A DNA stretch of 64,000 nt from the NCBI GenBank assembly GCA_016783505.1, contig JADHWK010000008.1:627-64626 (forward strand). Reading direction: 5' to 3'. This stretch comes from Candidatus Zhuqueibacterota bacterium. Its GTDB lineage: Bacteria > BS750m-G25. The notes under the pieces were generated by a model. It was not told where the DNA came from. It saw only the letters and a list, made by a program, of their open reading frames with translations, and did not search any database. A program made the translations under genes and the position numbers. Shown here piece after piece: positions 1 to 9,076 of the stretch (position 1 is its first letter; each line of letters opens with the position of its first letter).

Positions 1-1
1 G

Positions 2-1090
2 GTCATCGGTTATTTCAAGCAAGGGGGGACCGGTCGCGGTAACACCGCCTTTGAGCTGTGGAATACGGTAGTTATTCCTTATACTTTTAATGCCGACAAT
101 CATTATGCACGGGAACTCAAAGACCAGCGGGTAGAGCCCCTTATGGTAAAACGCTATTTCATCGAGGTTCCCGCCGGGGCCAGCCTGATGGCGCTGAAGG
201 GGTCAGTCCCTAAGGGGAAGTTCGCTTGGATGCACGTTGAGGTCTGCGATCCGCAGGGGCATACCTATCGTACCCTTCCAACCCTCAACTCACGGGAAAA
301 TTGGCTTGAGGGGATTTTGGATATTCCCAAGAGAGATCTAACCCCCGGGGTATGGGAGGTGGCGACCTGGGGCAATCTGTCCGGGGAGAAAACCTCCCGT
401 TATAAACTATCTGTTCAATTTTATGGTTTTGACCTAAAACCCTCCGAGATTACCGAGATTGATTTTGGCCCAGGTGAGTCCCCAACGGGAGAGATCACGG
501 TGACCAACCTTTTCGACCGCCCCTTCAGGGGCCGGGCGGAGGGTGGGCTAGACGGGTTCCGAAAAGTTAGCTCCCAGGAGCTTAAACCCACCGAGGAATT
601 CACCTATCCCTTTCACTTAGACCAAACACTGACCGGGGTAAAATTTACCCTCTCTATGTCTCCGGAAGACCATTCCCGATTTACGGACATTGCCGTCAAC
701 ATCGAGGATAAAAACGGGGAAGTGCTAACCCAGACCGGGTTTACTTACCGGGAATGTAGGGTGTCCCTGAAAAATCCTCATCCCCAGGATGAATCTACGG
801 AGTATATCCTGAAGGTCGTTCCCGGCTGCACCCACGAGGACAGCGATCCCGTTAGTTTTGATCTGGAGGAGATTTATTTGACCGCTGACCCAATCAAGAT
901 TACCGCTACCTATGCTGACGAGAGGGATTTTATTCTGGTCCCCGGGGTGCCCGCCGGGTTGACCTATGAATTGGAAAAAAGTCCCCCAACCCCTCCGAAC
1001 GGCTTTCATAACTCCGGGGAACTGGTCTTTCGGGAGAAAGGTACCGATCAGAAAGCGCTGGTGGTCCCGGTAAGATTGAATGGAGAGTAA
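2..1090 (+). CDS. 5'-truncated gene; C-terminal beta-sandwich region of a large protein, possibly an S8 (subtilisin/tripeptidyl-peptidase II-like) peptidase
   Basis: The frame of ORF 143..1090 is open from base 2 (VIGYFKQGG...NTVVIPY...RYFIEVPAGAS), so the gene starts upstream of the window. No catalytic motif is visible; the family call is by resemblance only. Confidence 0.5.
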   Translation, partial: VIGYFKQGGTGRGNTAFELWNTVVIPYTFNADNHYARELKDQRVEPLMVKRYFIEVPAGASLMALKGSVPKGKFAWMHVEVCDPQGHTYRTLPTLNSRENWLEGILDIPKRDLTPGVWEVATWGNLSGEKTSRYKLSVQFYGFDLKPSEITEIDFGPGESPTGEITVTNLFDRPFRGRAEGGLDGFRKVSSQELKPTEEFTYPFHLDQTLTGVKFTLSMSPEDHSRFTDIAVNIEDKNGEVLTQTGFTYRECRVSLKNPHPQDESTEYILKVVPGCTHEDSDPVSFDLEEIYLTADPIKITATYADERDFILVPGVPAGLTYELEKSPPTPPNGFHNSGELVFREKGTDQKALVVPVRLNGE

Positions 1091-1333
1091 TGTATTCTCT
1101 TTATTATAATTTTCCCTTTGCAAACTTATAGATACGGGGTGCAAAGGCTCTGCCTTTGCTTCGGAATTCAGTAATTTTAAAGGCAAAAAAATCTCTTGAC
1201 TTTTTAATCTATATTAATTATTTTTCTATAAAAGCTTGAAAAATAGGTTACAGACATGTTGATAAAATTTTTTATTGCGGCCTGACTTACCTTTTCTAGC
1301 CATTTGTAATTAAAGAACCCAAAACAGGAGGGT

Positions 1334-2632
1334 ATTAAAACGAGAAAGATTATTTTTTACTTGGCATTGCTTTCAGTCTCTGGTTTGCTTTTTCAGGGGG
1401 CTGTGGAGGCACAGGAAATACTAGACAAACTATTTCCTGGTAAAATCACGATTGCTGAAAAGAGTTTCAATATGAGAATTCATCGGATTGATGCCAACAA
1501 TAAATATGTAGCTGTCGTTGGTTACCCCAAATCTGAGTCAAGTATTGCTGATGTCTATCTTTATGATATTAATGGAAACAAGCTATGGCAAAAGGAAATC
1601 GATAGAGTTTACAGGGTTTCGATGGCTGAAGAGTATAATAAGGTTATTGTTGTTTCCGATTGGAATCTCAAAGACGAACAAAAAAATGCCTGTTATGATG
1701 CAAAAGGGAACAAACTCTGGGAGATTTGGGTAACTGCTCCTGGTTTGACCCTATCTTCGGATGGTAAATATGGTATTACAACCAAGGTGAGCGGTGAAGA
1801 ATGGTTGGGGCACTTTCAGGTATTTGATATAGCGGCAGGGCAAGAGCTAAAGCATCCAATCAAACGTAATTATCGGCACTTCTTTGCTCAATTTCTTAAT
1901 AACAGAAAAGTAGTTATTCTCCTTCAGAGAATTATTGAAAGGCGGGATGAAGAGATATTAAAAGAATCTCGTCGACTAAGGAAAGAAGGTAAAGATAAAG
2001 CAGCAAGGGAGCTTATAGAAAAAAATAAAAGCGCTTTTGAGCCAATACGGGATCCACTTAGATTTATAATTTATGATATTCCTACCGGAACGGTGGAAAT
2101 TGAAAAGGGTCTCCATTTGCAGGATGGTCGGGCGTTATGGGTAGGGCCTGATTGGTTTGGAAATTTAGCTGTCTCTGAAAATGGTCAATTTATTGCTGTT
2201 GCGGCTGTTGTGGGCACAAGAGGAGCAACCTCAAGTTGCCTTCAATTAATTGACAAACAGGGTAGTATAATCTGGGAAAAAGACAAAGCTGGTGGAATTT
2301 ACGATACAGAATTTATCGGAGATGATAGGTTAGTAGTTATTGATTGGAAAAACATCCGTCTGTTTGATGTATCAAATGGCAACAAACTATGGGAATATCG
2401 AGCGGAACAGGTGGGATATGCGATCAAAGAAGCATTTGTTCAAGAAGGTCATTTGTTTCTACAAAATTTAACTATAAGCCCCCAAATGTCACGTCTTTTT
2501 TTATTGGATTTAAAAACGGGCGAAGAAATTATAGATAAACAGAACCTAAAAGACGTAATGATTGTTAAGATGGACCCACATAGGCGAATCATTTTGAATA
2601 AATCAAACAATAAACTTGAATTTCTAAAATAA
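1334..2632 (+). CDS. Secreted beta-propeller (PQQ/WD40-like repeat) protein
   Basis: Repeated 'YDxxGNKLW', 'GSIIWEK' and 'GNKLWEY' blades. The frame extends upstream of TTG1361 to ATT1334 (IKTRKIIFYLALLSVSGLLFQGAVEA, signal-peptide-like), after an AGGAGG RBS. Confidence 0.6.
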   Translation: MKTRKIIFYLALLSVSGLLFQGAVEAQEILDKLFPGKITIAEKSFNMRIHRIDANNKYVAVVGYPKSESSIADVYLYDINGNKLWQKEIDRVYRVSMAEEYNKVIVVSDWNLKDEQKNACYDAKGNKLWEIWVTAPGLTLSSDGKYGITTKVSGEEWLGHFQVFDIAAGQELKHPIKRNYRHFFAQFLNNRKVVILLQRIIERRDEEILKESRRLRKEGKDKAARELIEKNKSAFEPIRDPLRFIIYDIPTGTVEIEKGLHLQDGRALWVGPDWFGNLAVSENGQFIAVAAVVGTRGATSSCLQLIDKQGSIIWEKDKAGGIYDTEFIGDDRLVVIDWKNIRLFDVSNGNKLWEYRAEQVGYAIKEAFVQEGHLFLQNLTISPQMSRLFLLDLKTGEEIIDKQNLKDVMIVKMDPHRRIILNKSNNKLEFLK

Positions 2633-2783
2633 GCGATTCTGTTCAATGAAAAAATAAAAGTTAAAGTAATTGGAGGTGATGAAAAACGAAATCTGTGAAA
2701 TTTATTATGTTGCCGTTAATTTTTATTTCTGTTATCACTAGCTTAACTTAAAAGTTAGGTTAAATTCAGAAAAGGATTAATAC

Positions 2784-3350
2784 ATGTCAACAAACAATAA
2801 AAAAGTTGATTCTACTATTAAACAATTCCTAGAATTTACGGAATATTTTAAAGACGAAAGTGATCGTGCAACAGTAATATTAAGTGCGGCAAAGTAAGAT
2901 ATACTACTTTATCAAATCCTAAAAGCAAAATTGTCACCCAATCCAACGGGAACCGATGAACTTCTTGATGGTGATGCTCCTTTGAGTACCTTCAGCGCAA
3001 GAATTAATCTTGTCTACAGACTAGGATTAATTCAACCCGATTTGGTGCGAGAATTACACCTTGTTAGAAAAATTAGAAACGTTTTCGCACATGAATTAAC
3101 GGGTGCGACACTGAATGAAGGAAGTCACAAAGATAGAATTAAGGAATTACTAATCCCATTTCAAAACAATGAAGCTTTTAAAAAGTTAAGGAAAGTTTAT
3201 TTTAAAGATGTTGACGATCCTTCGACCAATTTCAAGGCGATAGTGGCACTGCTTATTTTAAGACTTGAAAATGTTCTAGAATCAACCACGACACTTAGCA
3301 ATAAGGATGCTTGTAAATTGTTGCCGGAGATAATGAGAGCAAAAGAGTAA
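2784..3350 (+). pseudogene. MltR/HEPN-fold family gene interrupted by one in-frame TAA (2895-2897)
   Basis: ATG2784 reads MSTNN...ESDRATVILSAAK*DILLY... in frame with ORF 2931..3350. ESDR and 'LSTFSARI...RLGLI...IRNVFAH' (Rx4H) motifs are typical of the MltR/HEPN family. Confidence 0.7.
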
Positions 3351-3521
3351 AATTCAGAATCTAACAATGGTTTAAAAGACCAAAATAAATCAAGTATACA
3401 AAGTAAGTTATTTTTTAAATTTAGCCACCCTTCTTGGAATACTGAGGCGGAAAAACTTCCTCCACTGGCAGCAGCATCCTTTATGGGTGCGGAGTTACCA
3501 TTCATTCGGGCACTTGCCGAC

Positions 3522-3545
3522 CGCAGGCGTAAAGCCTGCGGCTAC
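3522..3545. repeat. REP-like palindrome CGCAGGCGTAAAGCCTGCGGCTAC
   Basis: Perfect CGCAGGC/GCCTGCG stem ending in GCTAC (GTAG-type REP read on the minus strand). A degenerate relative lies near 51008. Confidence 0.55.
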
Positions 3546-3555
3546 ATTCAGAAAG

Positions 3556-3587
3556 AAAGCCCCATTTAACGATGGGGCTTTTATTTT
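3556..3587 (+). terminator. Intrinsic terminator
   Basis: AAAGCCCCAT-ttaacg-ATGGGGCTTT followed by a T-rich tract. Confidence 0.7.
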
Positions 3588-3652
3588 CCTTGACAATATG
3601 CTTTTTAATCTTTAATTTTAACAAGCCATGAAGTTTGAATAATAAAGCGGTA

Positions 3653-4576
3653 ATGGGCTGGCAGGTCACTGTTATCGGCACAATAAACAGGGACACTATT
3701 ATTTTCCCTGACGGTAGAAAGTTCGAGGGTTACGGGGGGATCCTTTATAACATCGTAACCCTGGCTGCCCTTATGGGTGAACAGGACAAGGTCATTCCTG
3801 TCTGCTTGCTGGGTGATGACATCTACGATGGGGTAACCGATTATCTTTCCCAACACAAAAATGTTTGTCTGGATGGCATCCGGAAATTTGATGGCCCCAA
3901 CAATAATGTTACCCTCTATTATCAATCAGACGAGGAAAAACCTGAGATTCTAAAGAAGCATCTACCCCCCATACCCTTCGATCAGATCGAGCCCTGGCTT
4001 GAGAGTGATTTTGTGCTGGTAAACTTCACTTCGGGATTTGACATTACCGTAGAAACGATGGGGAGAATTAGGCAGGCTTCCCCGGCTTTAATGCTTATGG
4101 ATGTTCACAGCCTTTCTCTGGATGTGGATTCCGAGGGGAAGAGATTCCTGCGGAGGATAACCGACTGGGGGAAATGGACCCGGGGGGTGGACTTCGTCCA
4201 GTGCAATTGGGATGAACTTAGGGCCGTCATTGGGAAGAGGAATATTAGTGATGACGACATTGTCAAAATGGCCCAAGAACTCTTTTCAGGGGGAACGAAG
4301 GCCCTGCTCGTTACCCAGGGGGAGCGGGGGGTGCGGGTGCTCTGGTCCGAGGGGGAGAAACCAAAGGTTCAGGATGTGCTGTCCCCCAAGACCGAAGGGG
4401 TGGTGAATACGGTGGGCTGCGGTGACGTTTTTACCTCTTCCTTCATCATTAAATATATGGAGTCTAAAGATCTTTTAGCCTCGGCCCAGTTTGCCGTTCA
4501 ACTGGCAGCGGTGAAGAGCCGGTTCAATGGATTTGAATATCTGGGGGAAATTCAACCCCTAAAAGCTGTTAACTGA
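3653..4576 (+). CDS. PfkB/ribokinase-family carbohydrate kinase
   Basis: N-terminal VIGTINRD, 'GG..YN', 'LLVTQGERG' and C-terminal NTVGCGDVF (DTxGxGD-type) signature. Confidence 0.85.
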   Translation: MGWQVTVIGTINRDTIIFPDGRKFEGYGGILYNIVTLAALMGEQDKVIPVCLLGDDIYDGVTDYLSQHKNVCLDGIRKFDGPNNNVTLYYQSDEEKPEILKKHLPPIPFDQIEPWLESDFVLVNFTSGFDITVETMGRIRQASPALMLMDVHSLSLDVDSEGKRFLRRITDWGKWTRGVDFVQCNWDELRAVIGKRNISDDDIVKMAQELFSGGTKALLVTQGERGVRVLWSEGEKPKVQDVLSPKTEGVVNTVGCGDVFTSSFIIKYMESKDLLASAQFAVQLAAVKSRFNGFEYLGEIQPLKAVN

Positions 4577-4914
4577 ACATTTAACAGCATACCACTGAAT
4601 ATCATCAGTCGGGCGGGCCTGTTGCAGAACTATCGGATAGGAATCAATTCCTATCCTAAATAAGACCATAATTCCAATGAATTGGAATAAATCATCCAAT
4701 CCAATTTATTGGATTTACAAATAACTTAGGATATCAATTTATTGCTTAAATTGGCAACGTTTGCTAGTTGTGCCACAGACCCGGGCGCCTGACCGACGGA
4801 ACTACACAGAAGTCCTTTTCACATTCCAATTTTTTTTCGTGTTATTCCGTGATTATCTGTGGTGAATTATTACCTAAACATTAAGATGAAACCCATAGTT
4901 AAGAAAGGATTGGT

Positions 4915-5262
4915 ATGAAGATTATAAATTCTCAGAGGGTGAGGGCTGAGGACATTACCGAAGCCGGGGCTCAAAACGCTCGCATCCGCTGGCTGATTTC
5001 CCGGAAGGACGGGGCTCCCAATTTTGCCATGCGTCTCATCGAAGTCGGCCCCGGGGGCCAGACACCCATTCATAAGCATGAATGGGAGCATGAGGTTTTT
5101 GTGCTGAGAGGGAATGGAGAACTGATAAATGAAAAGGGGATGTCCCATCCCTTCTCTGAAGGTAAGGCCGTTTTGATCCGGCCCAACGAGCTACACCAGT
5201 TCAGGAATACTGGACCCGAAACCTTACGGCTGATCTGTGTTGTTCCCATAAGACACCCCTGA
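4915..5262 (+). CDS. Cupin domain protein
   Basis: TPIHKHEWEHEVFVLRG and NELHQFRN cupin motifs. Confidence 0.85.
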   Translation: MKIINSQRVRAEDITEAGAQNARIRWLISRKDGAPNFAMRLIEVGPGGQTPIHKHEWEHEVFVLRGNGELINEKGMSHPFSEGKAVLIRPNELHQFRNTGPETLRLICVVPIRHP

Positions 5263-5302
5263 AAAAAAGTATCGTTTTCTAGGCTCTAGTATATCAATAA
5301 TA

Positions 5303-5495
5303 AATCCGAAATTCGAATACCCCGCATGTGCGAGGAACAAACTCAAAATTCAAATATCAAATTCTCAAAACGTCATTCATTTAAAACAAATTGTTTTGGA
5401 TTTTTAATTTTGATAATTTGTCATGACTGAGGCAGATCCGCCTTAGGCGGAAATTTGTTTCGTCCCGAGTATTCGGGATCGTGCTTCGGATTTTT
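5303..5495. repeat. Non-coding MITE-like element with AAATCCGAA...TTCGGATTT ends
   Basis: Terminal inverted repeats, internal AAATTCAAATATCAAAT/TTTTGATAATTTG heptamer-like repeats and nested GC-rich palindromes. Related copies lie at 49713-49925 and 59540-59907. Confidence 0.6.
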
Positions 5496-5598
5496 TACTG
5501 TACTCTATTCTGTAACAAAGTGTTGCATCCTTAACTAACTATTGAAATTTGGAAAGAGCAGTAGTTAAAATTAATTCAAAAATTAAAAGGAGATACTG

Positions 5599-6774
5599 AT
5601 GATTCAAGAGAAGATCCACCAGACCATTGCCATTCTTAAGGAGAAAGGGGTTGACTTATGGCTGACTTTCGTCCGGGAGAGTGACACCGTGCACGACCCC
5701 AGCCTGGACTTTATCCTGGGGACGAGCGTCACCTGGCAGTCGGCGTTTATGATCTCGGCAAAGGGGGAGACCGTCGCCTTAGTGGGCAGCTTAGATGAGA
5801 CCAACATCAGATCAAGGGGACTTTATGCTGAGGTCATCGGTTATGTTGAATCCATCAAGGATCCCCTTCTGGGGGTTTTAAAACGCTTAAATCCCCAAAA
5901 AATCGCCATCAATTATTCCTTAGATTCGCCCTTAGGCGATGGGTTGACCCACGGGATGTATGAACTCCTGATGGGCTATCTATCGGGCACCCCGTTTGCG
6001 GAAAAAATCATTTCAGCCGACGGGATAATCGGCGCTCTCAGGGGAAGGAAGTCCCCGGCGGAACTGGATCGGATCAAGGCGGCTATTAAGCTGACCCTGG
6101 ATATGTTCAGCAGGGTTTCCGGGTTCATTCAGCCCGGAAGGACGGAAAAGGAGATCGCCGGGTTTTTGAAGGAAGAACTAAAGAAGGCGGGGGTGACCGA
6201 GGCCTGGGATCCGGATTACTGCCCCTCGGTGTTCACCGGTCCTGAATCGGCCGGGGCCCACGCCGGCCCCACCGATCGGAAGGTGGAAGGGGGACACATT
6301 TTAAACATTGACTTCGGGATCAAATTGAACGACTATTGCTCTGACCTCCAGCGGACCTGGTATATCCTGAGGGACGGAGAGTCAGAGCCACCTGCGGAGG
6401 TAATGAAAGCCTTCAACGGCATCCGGGATGCCATTGAGCGAGCCGCCGAGGCTTTAAAACCAGGTGTAGAGGGGTGGATGGTAGACAAGCTGGCCCGGGA
6501 TTACTTGGTCTCGCTGGGCTACGAGGAGTATCCCCACGCCCTGGGCCATCAGATCGGCCGCTTCGCCCACGATGGGAAGGGGCTTTTGTGTCCTAAATGG
6601 GACCGATACGGAAAGTTGCCTTTTGACAAGGTAGAGGAAGGACAGGTTTATACGATAGAGCCCCGGTGCACGGTGAAGGGCTACGGGGTGGCTACCATCG
6701 AGGAGATTGTGGTGGTGACCGGAGAGCGGTGCGAATTTCTATCGCCGCCGCAGACGGAGATTTATGTGGTTTAA
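5599..6774 (+). CDS. Xaa-Pro aminopeptidase family (M24B) peptidase
   Basis: IDFG, YCSDLQRT, HALGHQIG and TIEP...IEE metal-ligand motifs. Confidence 0.9.
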   Translation: MIQEKIHQTIAILKEKGVDLWLTFVRESDTVHDPSLDFILGTSVTWQSAFMISAKGETVALVGSLDETNIRSRGLYAEVIGYVESIKDPLLGVLKRLNPQKIAINYSLDSPLGDGLTHGMYELLMGYLSGTPFAEKIISADGIIGALRGRKSPAELDRIKAAIKLTLDMFSRVSGFIQPGRTEKEIAGFLKEELKKAGVTEAWDPDYCPSVFTGPESAGAHAGPTDRKVEGGHILNIDFGIKLNDYCSDLQRTWYILRDGESEPPAEVMKAFNGIRDAIERAAEALKPGVEGWMVDKLARDYLVSLGYEEYPHALGHQIGRFAHDGKGLLCPKWDRYGKLPFDKVEEGQVYTIEPRCTVKGYGVATIEEIVVVTGERCEFLSPPQTEIYVV

Positions 6775-6849
6775 GGAGTTTGATGAAAAAGCTCTGCTTT
6801 TTCGATACAACCCCGAAGTTTCGGTGTTGCACTCCCCATTCATAAATGA

Positions 6850-6875
6850 GAACGGTCGCCTCAGGCGACCGTTTC
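6850..6875. terminator. Hairpin between the convergent M24 and M29 genes
   Basis: GAACGGTCGCC-tca-GGCGACCGTTTC. Confidence 0.55.
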
Positions 6876-6904
6876 TGTTTATAACCCGGTTGGTCTTTTT
6901 CGTT

Positions 6905-7900
6905 TCAAATAACTAAATCCCCATCCATCATAAGGGTTTTTCTTCCCCCATTTTTATAGGTTATGGTTAAAGTCGGTTCATTGAAAAGATAATCACGATG
7001 TGTCTTGGAGGTGTTTTTCCCCCCCGGCATGTCCTCGTTGTTGCCGAAGGCGATGTGGGCGGTGCGAAAGGCCTTCTCGTCCTCCAATAAATTACCCGTC
7101 AGCCGGGCACCGGGGTTTAAGCCGATTCCCAGTTCCCCCACCACTCTGGCCATTTCATCTACGGCGGAAAGTTCCTCCAACTTTTCTACCAGATTTTTGT
7201 CTTCACTTTCAAAACCCTCGATTCTCCCTTTTTGGACCATAATCTTCAGGGGTTTTTTCACCTGCCCCAGATCGCCAATGGAGCCATCGCAGACTATGGC
7301 TCCGTCGGCCCCATTTTCTACCGGTCCGCACCAGATCTCACCGGCGGGGAGGTTGCCCCAGTGCTCTTCGGTGATCTCCACGTCGGTCATAAAATCCCGG
7401 CCCTCAATGTCCAGGATGATGTCCGTCCCCCCGGGGGCGGTGAGATGGGCTTCCTTCGCCCCTTTTAATTGATCCATCATCCGGTGCACATTGGCCATCA
7501 TAACCCCGTAGTCCACGTTCATGGGGCCTTCGGTCATCATCTCCTCGGTTATGCCCGGGGCATGGCCCAGCCTTCTGGTTTTGGTCTCCATGATTTTTTT
7601 GATCCACTGAATGCGGAAAGGGGTCTCCTCCCCCAGCCCGTAAAAAGCGTTGATGATCACGTTCCTGCCTTCAAGCAGCGGGGGCATCTCTTGGGGGAGG
7701 TTCTTCAGGGGGCGTTGGCCTTCGGGAAGGTAAAAGAGTTCGGCGCTGGCCCCCATCTCCTTGGCCGCCTGGCAGAAAGCCTGGCCGATGGATTTCCTTC
7801 TTTCATCCGTTACCACCAGGACCTTTTCCCCTGCCTTCAATTTGAGAACGTGTTGGTAAGCCCCCTTGGCGGCTTCGATCATCTTTTCGGTTTTGTTCAT
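6905..7900 (-). CDS. M29 (AmpS-like, thermophilic metalloprotease) aminopeptidase
   Basis: NLPAGE, VGELGIGLN, LEDEK...TAHIAFG and HRD motifs. Confidence 0.85.
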   Translation of the reverse strand: MNKTEKMIEAAKGAYQHVLKLKAGEKVLVVTDERRKSIGQAFCQAAKEMGASAELFYLPEGQRPLKNLPQEMPPLLEGRNVIINAFYGLGEETPFRIQWIKKIMETKTRRLGHAPGITEEMMTEGPMNVDYGVMMANVHRMMDQLKGAKEAHLTAPGGTDIILDIEGRDFMTDVEITEEHWGNLPAGEIWCGPVENGADGAIVCDGSIGDLGQVKKPLKIMVQKGRIEGFESEDKNLVEKLEELSAVDEMARVVGELGIGLNPGARLTGNLLEDEKAFRTAHIAFGNNEDMPGGKNTSKTHRDYLFNEPTLTITYKNGGRKTLMMDGDLVI

Positions 7901-7973
7901 GTTAAATCCCTCCTATGTTAGTACATTTTTGGGGGAACCTTTCCTCCCCACTCTTGATAGAGATTTTTACCTT

Positions 7974-8522
7974 TTATCCGCTATCTTTTCTCAATCCCTT
8001 AAAGGCATTCCACATAGGAACTTTTTTCATATGTTCCCTGTATTCATCACCGAATTTCTGGATGTTGAATGCATCCTCCTTTTTAGATGCCATCCAGAAA
8101 CAGAACATATTTACTATTCCCAGTATGGTTGATGGAACCGATTGAAAGACCAACATCAATCCAATTGTCCAGATGGCGGTTCCTAAATAGAGGGGATGTC
8201 GCACAATTCGAAACACGCTGCTGTTAATCATTATGGTGGTATGTTCCCAACCGGTCTCGGGTTTCCCCATACGCTTAAGTGTAGCAAATGCGGATAGGAC
8301 AAAAAAAGCGGCGGGAAGATAGAGAATGAAGCCAATGATACGGAGTGGTAAAACATTAAACTGTGTCCATACTCCACCCAAGCCAAGGATTAGTAAGGTA
8401 AAGAAACCACCCAGTCCAAAGGCTTCGAAAATTTCATAAACAATACGTTTTCGTATCACTGGGATCAGCCATCCAAGGATGATACCACCCCAAATAACCG
8501 CTAAGATTATATACTTCCACAT
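7974..8522 (-). CDS. Isoprenylcysteine carboxyl methyltransferase/PEMT-family membrane protein
   Basis: Multiple TM segments; 'FRIVRHPLYLG' and 'KFGDEYREHMKKVP' signature. Confidence 0.85.
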   Translation of the reverse strand: MWKYIILAVIWGGIILGWLIPVIRKRIVYEIFEAFGLGGFFTLLILGLGGVWTQFNVLPLRIIGFILYLPAAFFVLSAFATLKRMGKPETGWEHTTIMINSSVFRIVRHPLYLGTAIWTIGLMLVFQSVPSTILGIVNMFCFWMASKKEDAFNIQKFGDEYREHMKKVPMWNAFKGLRKDSG

Positions 8523-8561
8523 TTGGTCCGCCCTCTTTACGAATCTTTGGGGAGCAATTTT

Positions 8562-8682
8562 ATTTAACTTCTTTCGTTTAAAAGAAGTCCTGGTTTTTCG
8601 GAAAGGTGGGATTTTTTACTTGCTGAAGCGCAGCGGAAGTCCCGAATCATCGGGGACTTTGGTCTTTTAAAAGGTGTTAGAC
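8562..8682 (-). mobile_element. Degenerate integron attC-like site
   Basis: Minus strand reads GTCTAAC-ACCTT-TTAAAAGA...TCTTTTAA-ACGAAAGAA-GTTAAAT. It has RYYYAAC/GTTRRRY ends and complementary inner boxes, but the right spacer is longer than canonical. The methyltransferase ATG lies 40 bp after the core. Confidence 0.5.
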
Positions 8683-8861
8683 GAAGAAGTATGTTAGCTG
8701 ATATAATAAATGAACTTTTATTTTTTAATTCGATTTGCTAGCAATTCCCCTCTTCAAAACTCTTTCGCCTAACTAGCAATTAAACGTATCTTTTCTCACT
8801 TAGTCATGAAAGAGTGCATCTATCTTTCAGTCTCATCGAAGTGAATGTGATGTGCTTATTT

Positions 8862-8945
8862 TAATATAACCATTAATTTTTAAAAAGCAAGTAAAAATTC
8901 AAAAAACAAAAGGCCTATTCAATATAAATGAATAGGCCCTTTTTA
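8862..8945 (-). terminator. Repeated terminator+promoter module, copy 1
   Basis: AGGCCTATTCA...TGAATAGGCC hairpin, then TTTTGTTTTT, then TTGCTT-N16-TATATT on the minus strand. Confidence 0.7.
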
Positions 8946-9076
8946 TAAAGCTAAACTACCCCTCACCAGGCTTTAAGACTTAGCCTTTTAATAAAAGCGT
9001 TTTTCCTCTGACTTTGTACTTTTAAGGATTGTCTGAAAACCCCGATCCTGAATTCTCGGGACGGGGAATTTTGGAC

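Noticed and set aside
2681-2750. GGAGG + ATG and a short signal-peptide-like stretch
   Set aside because: It is frameshifted and ends after about 20 codons; too short to annotate.
8905-8945. Repeated hairpin module as a riboswitch (e.g. c-di-GMP)
   Set aside because: It lacks aptamer consensus motifs; a single stem with flanking T/A tracts fits an intrinsic terminator better.
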